Assembly (NCBI GenBank): GCA_024643755.1
Contig: JAHEMG010000012.1
Location: 4,574 to 68,573, forward strand
Reading direction: 5' to 3'
From: Flavobacteriales bacterium
GTDB taxonomy: Bacteria; Bacteroidota; Bacteroidia; NS11-12g; UBA955
Length of the DNA stretch: 64,000 nucleotides
Position numbers and translations under genes: made by a program. Below are positions 17,992 through 26,233 of the stretch, piece by piece. Within the stretch, counting starts at the first letter, position 1. The number at the start of each line of letters is the position of its first letter. The notes under the pieces were generated by a model, which was not told where the DNA came from, did not search any database, and saw only the letters and a program-made list of their open reading frames with translations.

Positions 17992-19536
17992 ATGAGCACA
18001 CCAGATTTTAAATCACCATCAACGGTTATCCAGGACTTGAAAGGCCATATTGGCGAAGCGGTTATTTTGCGTGGTTGGGTGGCCAATAAGCGCGAAGGCA
18101 AGGGCATTGTATTCGTCATTTTGCGTGATGGTACCGGTTTTTGTCAGTGCGTTGTGACCGCTGAAACCGCCAGCGCAGATTTCTTGGCTGCCGCACAGTC
18201 GGTGAGTTTGGAAACCAGCGTGGTGTTGAAGGGTTTGGTGCTGTCTGATGAGAAGCAGGTGGGTGGCGTAGAGTTACAGGTGACTTCGGTTGAGGTGGTG
18301 GGTGTGTCGGAGAATTACCCTATCGCAAAGAAGGAGCATGGCATTGAGTTTTTGATGGACCAGCGTCATTTGTGGTTGCGCAGTACCCGTCAGTGGGCCA
18401 TCATGCGCATCAGAAACACCATCATTTATGCGATACACGAATATTTTCAGGGACAGGGTTTTGTGCAGATGGACGCTCCGATTTTTACGGGCAATGCTTG
18501 TGAGGGTACCAGTACTTTGTTTGAAACCGATTTTTATGGAGAGCCCGCATTTTTGAGTCAAAGCGGACAGTTATACGGTGAGGCGATGGCGATGGCGATG
18601 GGACGGATATACACGTTTGGTCCTACGTTTCGTGCGGAGAAGTCGAAGACGCGCCGACATTTATCAGAGTTTTGGATGATTGAGCCGGAGATGGCGTTCT
18701 ATGATATTTTCCAGAATATGGATTGCATTGAGGGCTTTTTGCAGCATGTGGTGGGTAGGGTATTGGAGAAGTGCGAGCAGGAGTTGGAGACCATTGGTAG
18801 AGACACGGCGGTGTTGAAGAGCAGTTTGGGTACATTCCCTAGAATGACCTACGATCAGGCGGTGCGGATCATCAAGGGCGAGGAGGATGTGAATGGCGTA
18901 AACAGCATCAAGAGTTTGGAGGAGGAGTTGTTGAGATGTCAGGAGTTATTGGCATCGTTGGATGCGGAGATTGCGGATCGTGAGGCGAAGGTGGCTACAC
19001 CGGGGTTGAAGAAGGGGGAGATCAATTTCCATCAGACGAAGATTACGCAGTTGAAACAGGATAAGTCGGACGTGGAAGAGGATTTGCGCAACATCCCACA
19101 GTGGATTGCGAGTGCGAAGAATTTCCAATACGGGGATGATTTTGGGGGATCGGATGAGACGGTGTTGACGAGGTTGTTCGACCGTCCCGTGATGGTCTAC
19201 GACTGGCCTCATGAGGTGAAGGCGTTTTATTTGAAGCGCAATCCAGACGACGCTCGTTTTGCGCGGGGTGTGGATGTGTTGGCACCGGAGGGCTATGGCG
19301 AGATTGTGGGCGGTGGCGAGCGTGAGACGGATGTGAACTTGTTGACCTCGAAGATTGAGGAGCATCAGTTGCCGATGGAGGCGTTTGAGTGGTACTTGGA
19401 TTTACGCAGGTATGGCTCAGTACCCCATGCGGGATTCGGGTTGGGTTTGGAGCGTTTGGTGACTTGGGTTTGCAAGTTGAAGCACGTTCGCGAGAGCATA
19501 CCTTTCCCAAGGATGTACGGCAGGTTAACGCCGTAA
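17992..19536 (+). CDS. asnS: asparagine--tRNA ligase (with internal coiled-coil insertion)
   Basis: OB anticodon-binding domain, class II motif 2 (FRAEKSKTRRHLSEFWMIEPE) and motif 3 (GFGLGLERLV). 514 aa, including an extra segment at about aa 305-376. Confidence 0.95.
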   Translation: MSTPDFKSPSTVIQDLKGHIGEAVILRGWVANKREGKGIVFVILRDGTGFCQCVVTAETASADFLAAAQSVSLETSVVLKGLVLSDEKQVGGVELQVTSVEVVGVSENYPIAKKEHGIEFLMDQRHLWLRSTRQWAIMRIRNTIIYAIHEYFQGQGFVQMDAPIFTGNACEGTSTLFETDFYGEPAFLSQSGQLYGEAMAMAMGRIYTFGPTFRAEKSKTRRHLSEFWMIEPEMAFYDIFQNMDCIEGFLQHVVGRVLEKCEQELETIGRDTAVLKSSLGTFPRMTYDQAVRIIKGEEDVNGVNSIKSLEEELLRCQELLASLDAEIADREAKVATPGLKKGEINFHQTKITQLKQDKSDVEEDLRNIPQWIASAKNFQYGDDFGGSDETVLTRLFDRPVMVYDWPHEVKAFYLKRNPDDARFARGVDVLAPEGYGEIVGGGERETDVNLLTSKIEEHQLPMEAFEWYLDLRRYGSVPHAGFGLGLERLVTWVCKLKHVRESIPFPRMYGRLTP

Positions 19537-19617
19537 ATTTCGAGTAAATCATTAATATTGTTCAAGTAAGAGATATGTGCCTTGGTGATGCGAAAATAAT
19601 TTTTGCGTTTTCCACAC

Positions 19618-19643
19618 TTTGTTAACATTTAAACAAACTTGTT
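19618..19643 (+). promoter_or_regulatory. inverted repeats upstream of the TetR gene (candidate operator)
   Basis: TTTGTT-N8-AACAAA at 19618..19637, overlapping AACAA-N2-TTGTT at 19632..19643. Directly abuts the -7 box at 19646. Confidence 0.35.
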
Positions 19644-19645
19644 GG

Positions 19646-19653
19646 TATATTTG
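19646..19653 (+). promoter_or_regulatory. -7 promoter box (TATATTTG) for the TetR gene
   Basis: Perfect TAnnTTTG, 8 nt before the ATG at 19662. Confidence 0.45.
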
Positions 19654-19661
19654 TGCCCCTT

Positions 19662-20402
19662 ATGAGCACATCTACACGACAATTGATCTTACAACGTTGC
19701 TTTGAAGCGATTCAGGCCAAGGGTTTTGAAACCTTGCGTACGGATAAAGAAATTGCCCGTTTAAAAATCACCAAAGGCGCATTTTACCACTATTTCCCTA
19801 ACAAGGCGGAATTGGGTTATGCGGTTGTGGATGAGGTGATGTTGCCATATTATGAGCAGAAATGGGCGAGTTTGGCCAACATTGAAAGCGGTGTGGCAGA
19901 AGCTTTGATGTCGGTTTTGGAACAAGAGAAAAACAAAGCCACAGAAACCAGCATTAAACGTGGGGATGTGTTGACCAACATGATTTTAGAATTGAGTCAT
20001 TGTGACGAATTGTTTCGACAGAAATTGGAAGCCGTGAACGAGGTTCAGGTGAAGATTATTCAAAAAGCCATTATGGCTGGTCGAATTGCTGGAGAGTTGA
20101 AGAACCAAACGGATGCGCGCTCTATTGCCTTGTATATCGTAGGACAGCTCATGGGATGTTATACCATTTCCAAGGTGCGTGCTTCAAAGGAGACCTTTGT
20201 AAGTATGGTAGGAACCATGCAGAAGCAGTTGAAGGATGTGTTGGTGGTAGACGCTGAGCCAGGTAAAATGGCGGATAGCGCGATGACTTCTGCGCCGTCT
20301 TCTTCTGTAGACAGGGTGGCCGTGGTAAATCCATTTGCGGCGAACGACGACAAAACGGAGGAGAAAACAAGCAGAGGCGGTTGGTTTTCACGCAACCGTT
20401 AA
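19662..20402 (+). CDS. TetR/AcrR family transcriptional regulator
   Basis: Start taken at ATG 19662, because the track GTG at 19653 lies within the promoter box. HTH: TDKEIARLKITKGAFYHYFPNKAELGYAVV. Low-complexity C-terminal tail of ~50 aa. Confidence 0.8.
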   Translation: MSTSTRQLILQRCFEAIQAKGFETLRTDKEIARLKITKGAFYHYFPNKAELGYAVVDEVMLPYYEQKWASLANIESGVAEALMSVLEQEKNKATETSIKRGDVLTNMILELSHCDELFRQKLEAVNEVQVKIIQKAIMAGRIAGELKNQTDARSIALYIVGQLMGCYTISKVRASKETFVSMVGTMQKQLKDVLVVDAEPGKMADSAMTSAPSSSVDRVAVVNPFAANDDKTEEKTSRGGWFSRNR

Positions 20403-20480
20403 TAACCAAGGATTCAAGGATGCTGAGGGTGTTGTTAGTTGCTCCCCGCAGTAAAATCCAAGAAACAAATAGCTCAAACA

Positions 20481-20512
20481 AAAAGGGCTTCCGCGAGGAA
20501 GCCCTTTTTTAT
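20481..20512. terminator. bidirectional intrinsic terminator between convergent genes
   Basis: Perfect hairpin: AAAAGGGCTTCC (20481..20492), GCGA loop, GGAAGCCCTTTT (20497..20508), with A/T runs on both sides. Confidence 0.8.
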
Positions 20513-20530
20513 TATCAATGCTAATCGAAA

Positions 20531-22699
20531 TTATTTCACAATCGTCATTTCGTCAATCAGGTGCTTGGCGCCGCCCAATTTTTCAACGATGAACAAAGTG
20601 TAGCGAACATCCAAACTGATGGTGCGCTGAACCTTTGGCAAGAACGCGAAATCAGAGCTGATCGCTTCCCAGTTGCCGTCGAACGCAGTACCAATCAATT
20701 CGCCTTTGGCGTTCATAACCGGACTTCCGCTGTTACCACCGGTGATGTCGTTGTCGCTCAAGAAACACGTATGCAACTCACCATCCTTATCGGCATACTG
20801 ACCGTAGTCTTTCGCGCGAATCAATGCCAACAAAGGTTGTGGCGCATCGAATTCAAAATCCGCCGCTTTGTATTTTTCCAAAATGCCTTTGGCAGTGGTG
20901 TAGTACGCATAGCTAACAGCATCGCGTGCATCGTAGGCCTTCACGGTACCGTAAGTCAAACGCATGGTGCCGTTTGCATCTGGGGCCATGGCCTGTCCGC
21001 TAGGCAACATCTCCAACTGGGCCGATAAGAACAATCTGTTGGCGCGATCCAATTTGCTGTTGATGCCATCGTATACGGGTTTCAAATCCACACGCAACTT
21101 GTTGTAATACCCTTGGGTGATTTTGTACAACAAATCGGCTTCCAATTTGCTGGCAGAAGGTTTTGCCAAGAACTTGGCCATGCGGGCTTTGTCGGTGAAC
21201 AACGACTTCGCAAAAATGGCTTCAGCCAAGGCAGTGTAATTGCGCTTGTACTTGGTAACCAAGGCAGTTAAATCGGCCGGTAACATCGCAGGATCCAAAT
21301 CTTCGTACAGGTGTTTCAACACTACGGCCAACACCTGCTTTTCGATGCTGGGGTAGAACTCTTTGTACATTTCATCGATGCCACGCAACATCGCGCGAGA
21401 ACGGGTGGTGTCTTTCGGGTTGGCTTTCAAGGCATCGGCGAGTCCTTTGAACGACATCGCAAACGACATGGGCTGGCTGTTGCTGATACCGTCTTGCAAG
21501 TACACGGGGTACAAACCATAGGTATACAATTCGCGGTAGGCCTCATCGTATAGAGAGGTTACATCGCCGTAAACATCGGTCTTTTTGTTTTCACGCACCC
21601 AGCGCTCGAAGGCCAATTCGGCGTTCTTGCGGGTTTCGTAAAGTCCGTCGGGCTTGGCCAAATCGTGGGCTTCGCCGTTGAATTTGTTCCAGTAGTTACC
21701 GATGCTCGCAAGGCGGTCGGCGTACATCAAACGAACAGATTCATCCTGTTTCATGTAGTTTTCGTACACGTCCATGATATCGCGACGCAATTGTACGCGC
21801 ATGGGACGCTCTTTGCTGGCCAGGTACTTGATGCCTTCGCTATAGGTGTAGCGGGTGGTACGACCTGGGTAGCCCATGATCATGGCGTAATCGCCCTCTT
21901 TCATGCCACCGATGTTGATGGGGAGGTGGTGGGCAGGGTTGAAAGGTTTGTTGGCGGGGTTGAAATCAGCGGGTTTGTTGCTGCCGTTGGCATAGATACG
22001 GAACATGCTGAAATCGCAGGTATGACGGGGCCAACGCCAGTTGTCGGTCTCACCACCAAATTTACCCACGCTTTCTGGGGGGGTACCTACCAGGCGGATG
22101 TCGCGGTATACTTCGTAGAACATCGCCAAGAACTGGTTTCCGTTGTAGAAAGAAGAAATCTCCACGACGTAGTTGTTGCGTTCTTCACCCAAAGCAGCGA
22201 TCACGGCTTCTTTGGTTTTGGCAATTTGGGCTGCTACGGCTTTGGCGCGGGTGGCTTCATCTTGGTTGATGGCGATACCGGCAAGCACTTGGCTGGTAAC
22301 GTCTTCAATTTTGCGCAACAATCCGATATTGAAGCTGGCAGGACGCTCAGCTGCTTGGTTGGCTGCCCAGAAACCATTTTTGAGGATGTTGTCTTGGTTG
22401 GTCGACAATTCTTGGATGGCACCGTAGCCACAGTGGTGGTTGGTGAGGAAAAGTCCTTGCTTGGAGATCACTTCTCCGGTGCAAAACATACGTCCTTCTT
22501 TGGTCATCAAGCGCACGATGGCGTCTTTCACAGAGGCCTGGTTGATGGAGTAGATGTCTTCGGCAGACAATTTCAAACCGCGGGCTTGCATGGGATCTTG
22601 GATCTTTTGCAGCAGGGTGAGCGGCCACATGCCTTCATCGGCCCTCAGCTGGAACAATGCTGAGAAGGCCAAGGCCAAACTTAATATGCGTTTTTTCAT
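20531..22699 (-). CDS. S46 family dipeptidyl-peptidase (DPP7/DPP11-like)
   Basis: Start moved to 22699 (signal peptide MKKRILSLALAFSALFQLRA, then DEGMWP). Catalytic His in LTNHHCG and Ser in ITGGNSGSPV. Confidence 0.9.
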   Translation of the reverse strand: MKKRILSLALAFSALFQLRADEGMWPLTLLQKIQDPMQARGLKLSAEDIYSINQASVKDAIVRLMTKEGRMFCTGEVISKQGLFLTNHHCGYGAIQELSTNQDNILKNGFWAANQAAERPASFNIGLLRKIEDVTSQVLAGIAINQDEATRAKAVAAQIAKTKEAVIAALGEERNNYVVEISSFYNGNQFLAMFYEVYRDIRLVGTPPESVGKFGGETDNWRWPRHTCDFSMFRIYANGSNKPADFNPANKPFNPAHHLPINIGGMKEGDYAMIMGYPGRTTRYTYSEGIKYLASKERPMRVQLRRDIMDVYENYMKQDESVRLMYADRLASIGNYWNKFNGEAHDLAKPDGLYETRKNAELAFERWVRENKKTDVYGDVTSLYDEAYRELYTYGLYPVYLQDGISNSQPMSFAMSFKGLADALKANPKDTTRSRAMLRGIDEMYKEFYPSIEKQVLAVVLKHLYEDLDPAMLPADLTALVTKYKRNYTALAEAIFAKSLFTDKARMAKFLAKPSASKLEADLLYKITQGYYNKLRVDLKPVYDGINSKLDRANRLFLSAQLEMLPSGQAMAPDANGTMRLTYGTVKAYDARDAVSYAYYTTAKGILEKYKAADFEFDAPQPLLALIRAKDYGQYADKDGELHTCFLSDNDITGGNSGSPVMNAKGELIGTAFDGNWEAISSDFAFLPKVQRTISLDVRYTLFIVEKLGGAKHLIDEMTIVK

Positions 22700-22780
22700 A
22701 AGATTATTATCGCAAATTAACTCTTTTTTGGCCATAACTTTTTCCCCTTTTATCCATCAAAAAGCGGGAAATTTGGCGAG

Positions 22781-23791
22781 ATGGCATTGGTGACGTTTAC
22801 CGAATTGGGGTTCTACTGTGCGCAGGCCGATTTGTACATCGATCCGCTGCGGAAGGTGAACAAGGCCTTGGTGACGCATGCCCACAGCGACCATGCCCGT
22901 CCGGGGATGCAGCATTATTTATGTCACACCGATTCCGAAAACATTTTGCGGTTGCGGTTAGGACAGCGTATTTCGGTGCAGACCTTGGCTTATAGCGAAA
23001 CCATCTCGATGAATGGGGTGGAGGTAACGTTGTTTCCGGCGGGACATGTACCTGGAAGTGCGCAGGTGCGGCTGAGTTACCGCGGCGAGGTGTGGGTCAT
23101 CAGCGGGGATTACAAGACAGTGGGCGATGGGTTAACACCGGCATTTGAGTCGGTCCGATGCCACCATTTCGTCACCGAGAGCACCTTTGCCTTGCCCATT
23201 TTTCAGTGGCGGGAGCAGCAGTCGGTCTATGATGAGATCAACGCTTGGTGGCGGGAGAACGCGGCGGCGGGCTTGCCTTCGGTATTGTTGGGGTATTCGT
23301 TGGGCAAGGCGCAGCGGATATTGCATCATTTGGATCGCTCGGTGGGTGCGGTGGTTTGTCACGGTGCCATTGCGGCTGCCAACCTGGCTTTGGCGCAAAG
23401 CGGCTTTGATTTTGGTCCTTGGGAGGATGGCACGGCGGGGTTATCGGCCTTGCAGGACCGGGGGGTATCGCTCGGCGGCAGTTTGGTGGTTTGTCCGCCC
23501 AACGCCCTTCGATCGTCGTGGAGTGCCCCTTTGGGCGATTACCAGTTGGCGAATTGCAGCGGGTGGATGGCGGTGAGCAAGATGGGACAGTGGGGTGGTG
23601 TTGATCGGGGGTTTGTGATGAGTGATCATGCCGATTGGCCGCAGTTGTTGGAGGCGGTGCAGGCCTCGGGCGCGGAGCATGTGCATGTGACGCATGGGTT
23701 CAGCGAGGTGTTGGCGCGTTACTTGCGCGAGTCGATGGGTTTGGATGCCGATGTGGTGGAGCAGGCATTATTTGAAAGGAGTGATGCATGA
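22781..23791 (+). CDS. ligase-associated DNA damage response exonuclease (MBL/beta-CASP fold)
   Basis: Motifs VTHAHSDHARPG (HxHxDH), AGHVPGSAQV, ISGDYK, TESTFA and VTHG. 336 aa, matching the family size I recall. Confidence 0.85.
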   Translation: MALVTFTELGFYCAQADLYIDPLRKVNKALVTHAHSDHARPGMQHYLCHTDSENILRLRLGQRISVQTLAYSETISMNGVEVTLFPAGHVPGSAQVRLSYRGEVWVISGDYKTVGDGLTPAFESVRCHHFVTESTFALPIFQWREQQSVYDEINAWWRENAAAGLPSVLLGYSLGKAQRILHHLDRSVGAVVCHGAIAAANLALAQSGFDFGPWEDGTAGLSALQDRGVSLGGSLVVCPPNALRSSWSAPLGDYQLANCSGWMAVSKMGQWGGVDRGFVMSDHADWPQLLEAVQASGAEHVHVTHGFSEVLARYLRESMGLDADVVEQALFERSDA

Positions 23792-24543
23792 ATTTTGAGG
23801 GATTGATATTACCGGAAAAGTTATCGCTACCGAAGTTGAAGTCGTGGATCATGGCTTGGACGGGGCTATCGCCTTGGTTGTTGGCGGAGTGTCAGAAATT
23901 TGCGGGGTCGCTGAACGAGGCGTTGGCTTTGAGTTTGGGTGTGCCTGTGGGCGATGCGATGAGCGAAGGGGAGTTGGCGGCGGGTTTTGCGGCTTGGCCG
24001 GGGTTATCGCCCAGCGAGCGGGAGCAATGGATATTGCGGGTTTTACTGTCGATGGAGGTGGGTGACCGCAGGGATTTTATGCGGTTTTTAAGCGGCAGAG
24101 CGGCTGGTGTTGGGGGTGAGGCAGGTGAGTCTGGCTTGGCGGTAGAGATGATCTCGCTGCGGGTATGTGCGGTGTTATTGTACGTAAAACCGATGGGAAG
24201 GGTGAGGGTGGAATACGAGTGTACGTTTGGTTTATTGGTGGGGGGCCAGGATTTTGTGGGGTGTTTTCGGGCGATGATGACCGAGGGACCGGCGATGGAT
24301 TGGATTGGGGAAAATTTGGGCGAGCGGGTAGGACCGATCAGGGGGGTAAGGGTATCGGAGTTGTTCGAGTTAGACTGCGAGGGGGTACAGGAAAGCAGGC
24401 GGCACAAGGCCGGTTTCAAGGCCGAGCGGGTAAGTGTGGTGGGGTGGTTACGCGACCAATCGGGGATGTTTGGTGCGGTGACCCAGCTGGATGCGGTTAG
24501 AGGTTCTCTCCCCAGGCCGCAGGGTTCTGGGCAAAGCGGTTAA
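23788..24543 (+). pseudogene. ATP-dependent DNA ligase-derived ORF lacking the nucleotidyltransferase domain (remnant or repurposed)
   Basis: 251 aa, with its ATG overlapping the exonuclease stop (ATGA). N-terminal LKSWIMAWTGLSPWLLAECQKFAGSLNEALALSL resembles the ligase DNA-binding domain. C-terminal AVLLYVKPMGRVRVEYECTFGLL and GPIRGVRVSELFELDCEGVQESRRHKAGF resemble the OB domain. No KxDG adenylation motif is present and there is no room for the ~200-aa NTase domain. The 3' end overlaps convergent pyrE by 47 nt. Confidence 0.5.
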
Positions 24544-25135
24544 CGGTTTCCAGCTCTGAGGGTTGGATAAAACCGTGTTCGGCGGCCACAGCGGTGAGGG
24601 TAGGGAGGTTGGTGAGGGTATGCACGGGGATACCGGCTTCCACAAATTTTTCCATGGCATTGGCAAACCCATAGGTGAACAGGGCTACAACGCCCACGAC
24701 GGTTGCGCCGGCGTTTTGGACACCTTCTACGGCTTGGAAGCTACTTTTTCCGGTAGAGATGAGGTCTTCCACGAGCACAATTTTATCGCCTGGAAGCATT
24801 TCGCCTTCCACTTGGTTCTTGAGTCCGTGTTTTTTGGGCTCAGGTCGCACGTAGCAATAGGGCATGTTGATTTTATCGGCAGCCAAGGCCCCGTGGGCGA
24901 TGCCTGCGGTGGCGATGCCTGCGATGCGGTTGGCTTCGGGGAACTGGGTTTGGATGAGGGCGGCCAATTCTTCGGCCACGAAAGTGCGCACTTCGGGGTA
25001 GGAAAGCACCATGCGGTTATCGCAATAGATGGGTGATTTGATCCCTGAAGTCCAAGTGAATGGTTGTGAAGGACTTAGTTTTACTGCCTTTATTTCTAGG
25101 AGAAATTTTGCTAATTTTGCGGCTGGATTGGACAT
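24497..25135 (-). CDS. pyrE: orotate phosphoribosyltransferase
   Basis: FTWTSGIKSPIYCDNR and the PRPP-binding loop IVLVEDLISTGKS. 212 aa. Confidence 0.95.
   Translation of the reverse strand: MSNPAAKLAKFLLEIKAVKLSPSQPFTWTSGIKSPIYCDNRMVLSYPEVRTFVAEELAALIQTQFPEANRIAGIATAGIAHGALAADKINMPYCYVRPEPKKHGLKNQVEGEMLPGDKIVLVEDLISTGKSSFQAVEGVQNAGATVVGVVALFTYGFANAMEKFVEAGIPVHTLTNLPTLTAVAAEHGFIQPSELETVNRFAQNPAAWGENL
25112..25119 (+). promoter_or_regulatory. -7 promoter box (TAATTTTG) for the NUDIX gene, embedded in pyrE codons
   Basis: Perfect TAnnTTTG, 14 nt before the ATG at 25134. Lies inside the first codons of pyrE on the opposite strand. Confidence 0.4.
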
Positions 25136-25772
25136 GGAAGTGCAAAGTTATAAAATCTATTTCAACGACGGTGCTTTGGTGATCGCGGATTCTCCAGAAG
25201 CTTTGCGTGGGTTGAGTAATATGTATTTTATTGGGGACGATGAATTGCAGAAGAGTTTCAAGATTTTGTTGTCGTCGCAGAACAACGGTAAACCCTTGCA
25301 TTTCGGGCTAATCTGTCCGGACCCCCAGGCCACGATTCGGGAGTTCATGGAGGACTTTACGGTGATTCAGGCGGCTGGCGGGTTGGTGTTCAACAAGGAG
25401 AATCAGTTGTTGACGATCAAGCGCAATGGGTTGTGGGATTTGCCGAAGGGGAAGATAGAGCGACATGAGGACCAGATGGCGGCGGCGTTGCGCGAGGTGA
25501 TGGAGGAAACGGGCATCAACATGATCAACATCAGCGACAAGGTTGGCGAGACCTACCATGTGTACTACGAGGATGAGATTTTGTTGTTAAAGGAAACGCA
25601 TTGGTATTTGATGAACAGCACGGGCAAGGGCACGTTGAAGCCGCAGCTCGAGGAGGGTATTTCGGAGGTGAAGTTTGCTGATTTGTCATGGTTCAACGAA
25701 CCTGAATTCAATTCATATCAGAGTGTGCACGACGTGATTAGGCGTTGCGTGGCACAATTCAAAACCGTTTAG
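25134..25772 (+). CDS. NUDIX hydrolase with N-terminal accessory domain
   Basis: Start taken at ATG 25134 (MEVQSYKIYFNDGALVIAD). Nudix box GKIERHEDQMAAALREVMEETGI. Confidence 0.8.
   Translation: MEVQSYKIYFNDGALVIADSPEALRGLSNMYFIGDDELQKSFKILLSSQNNGKPLHFGLICPDPQATIREFMEDFTVIQAAGGLVFNKENQLLTIKRNGLWDLPKGKIERHEDQMAAALREVMEETGINMINISDKVGETYHVYYEDEILLLKETHWYLMNSTGKGTLKPQLEEGISEVKFADLSWFNEPEFNSYQSVHDVIRRCVAQFKTV
25143..25150 (-). promoter_or_regulatory. -7 promoter box (TAACTTTG on minus strand) for pyrE, embedded in NUDIX codons
   Basis: Perfect TAnnTTTG, 7 nt before the pyrE ATG (25135..25133). Lies inside codons 4-6 of the NUDIX ORF. Confidence 0.45.
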
Positions 25773-26233
25773 TGAATGGGATTCACGCCATCGGGTAGGT
25801 AGCGATGGTAATCGGCCTTGTGAATGATGAGGTCGCGGATCAGTGTGCTGCTGATGTAGCTCAGGGCTGGATCACACATGATGAAGACGGTTTCAATTTC
25901 GTTCCAAAGGGCTTTGTTCAGCTGGGCGATGTGTGATTCGTAGTCAAAGTCGGTACCGTTCCGCAATCCACGCAGCAGGAATTTCGCACCCATTTTTTTG
26001 CAAAAATCCACGGTGAGTCCTTCGTAGGATTCTATTCGTACTTTGGGGTTGTTGGCAAACGCGGTATGGATCCATTGCTTGCGCAGTTCGAGGTCGAACA
26101 GGGTGGTTTTCTTGGTATTGACACCCACGGCGATGATGACTTCATCGAACAGCTCACTGGCGCGATTGACGATGTCTACATGTCCGATGGTAATGGGATC
26201 AAACGTCCCTGGGAAAACGGCGATCTTGCTCAT
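25769..26233 (-). CDS. coaD: phosphopantetheine adenylyltransferase
   Basis: AVFPGTFDPITIGHVDIV (the T/HxGH motif) and ISSTLIR. 154 aa. Confidence 0.95.
   Translation of the reverse strand: MSKIAVFPGTFDPITIGHVDIVNRASELFDEVIIAVGVNTKKTTLFDLELRKQWIHTAFANNPKVRIESYEGLTVDFCKKMGAKFLLRGLRNGTDFDYESHIAQLNKALWNEIETVFIMCDPALSYISSTLIRDLIIHKADYHRYLPDGVNPIH

Noticed and set aside
21665-22663. 332-aa plus-strand ORF. The same reasoning was applied to 7347..8189, 33136..33918, 42564..43313, 51522..52211, 4875..5507, 49696..50319, 8829..9449, 45996..46862 and 34209..34895.
   Set aside because: All lie antisense to genes with clear catalytic motifs (S46, rny, the 3-hydroxyacyl-CoA dehydrogenase gene at 33115..33957, M16, GT-C, lnt, PIG-L, coaX, ATP-grasp, M23). 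They have low-complexity composition and no motifs.
23844-24500. Alternative-frame ORFs in the ligase-remnant region: 23844..24065 and 24165..24500 on the plus strand, and 23892..24419 on the minus strand
   Set aside because: They are G-rich, low-complexity translations with no motifs. Only the 23788..24543 frame shows ligase DBD/OB-like segments and start-stop coupling to the exonuclease.
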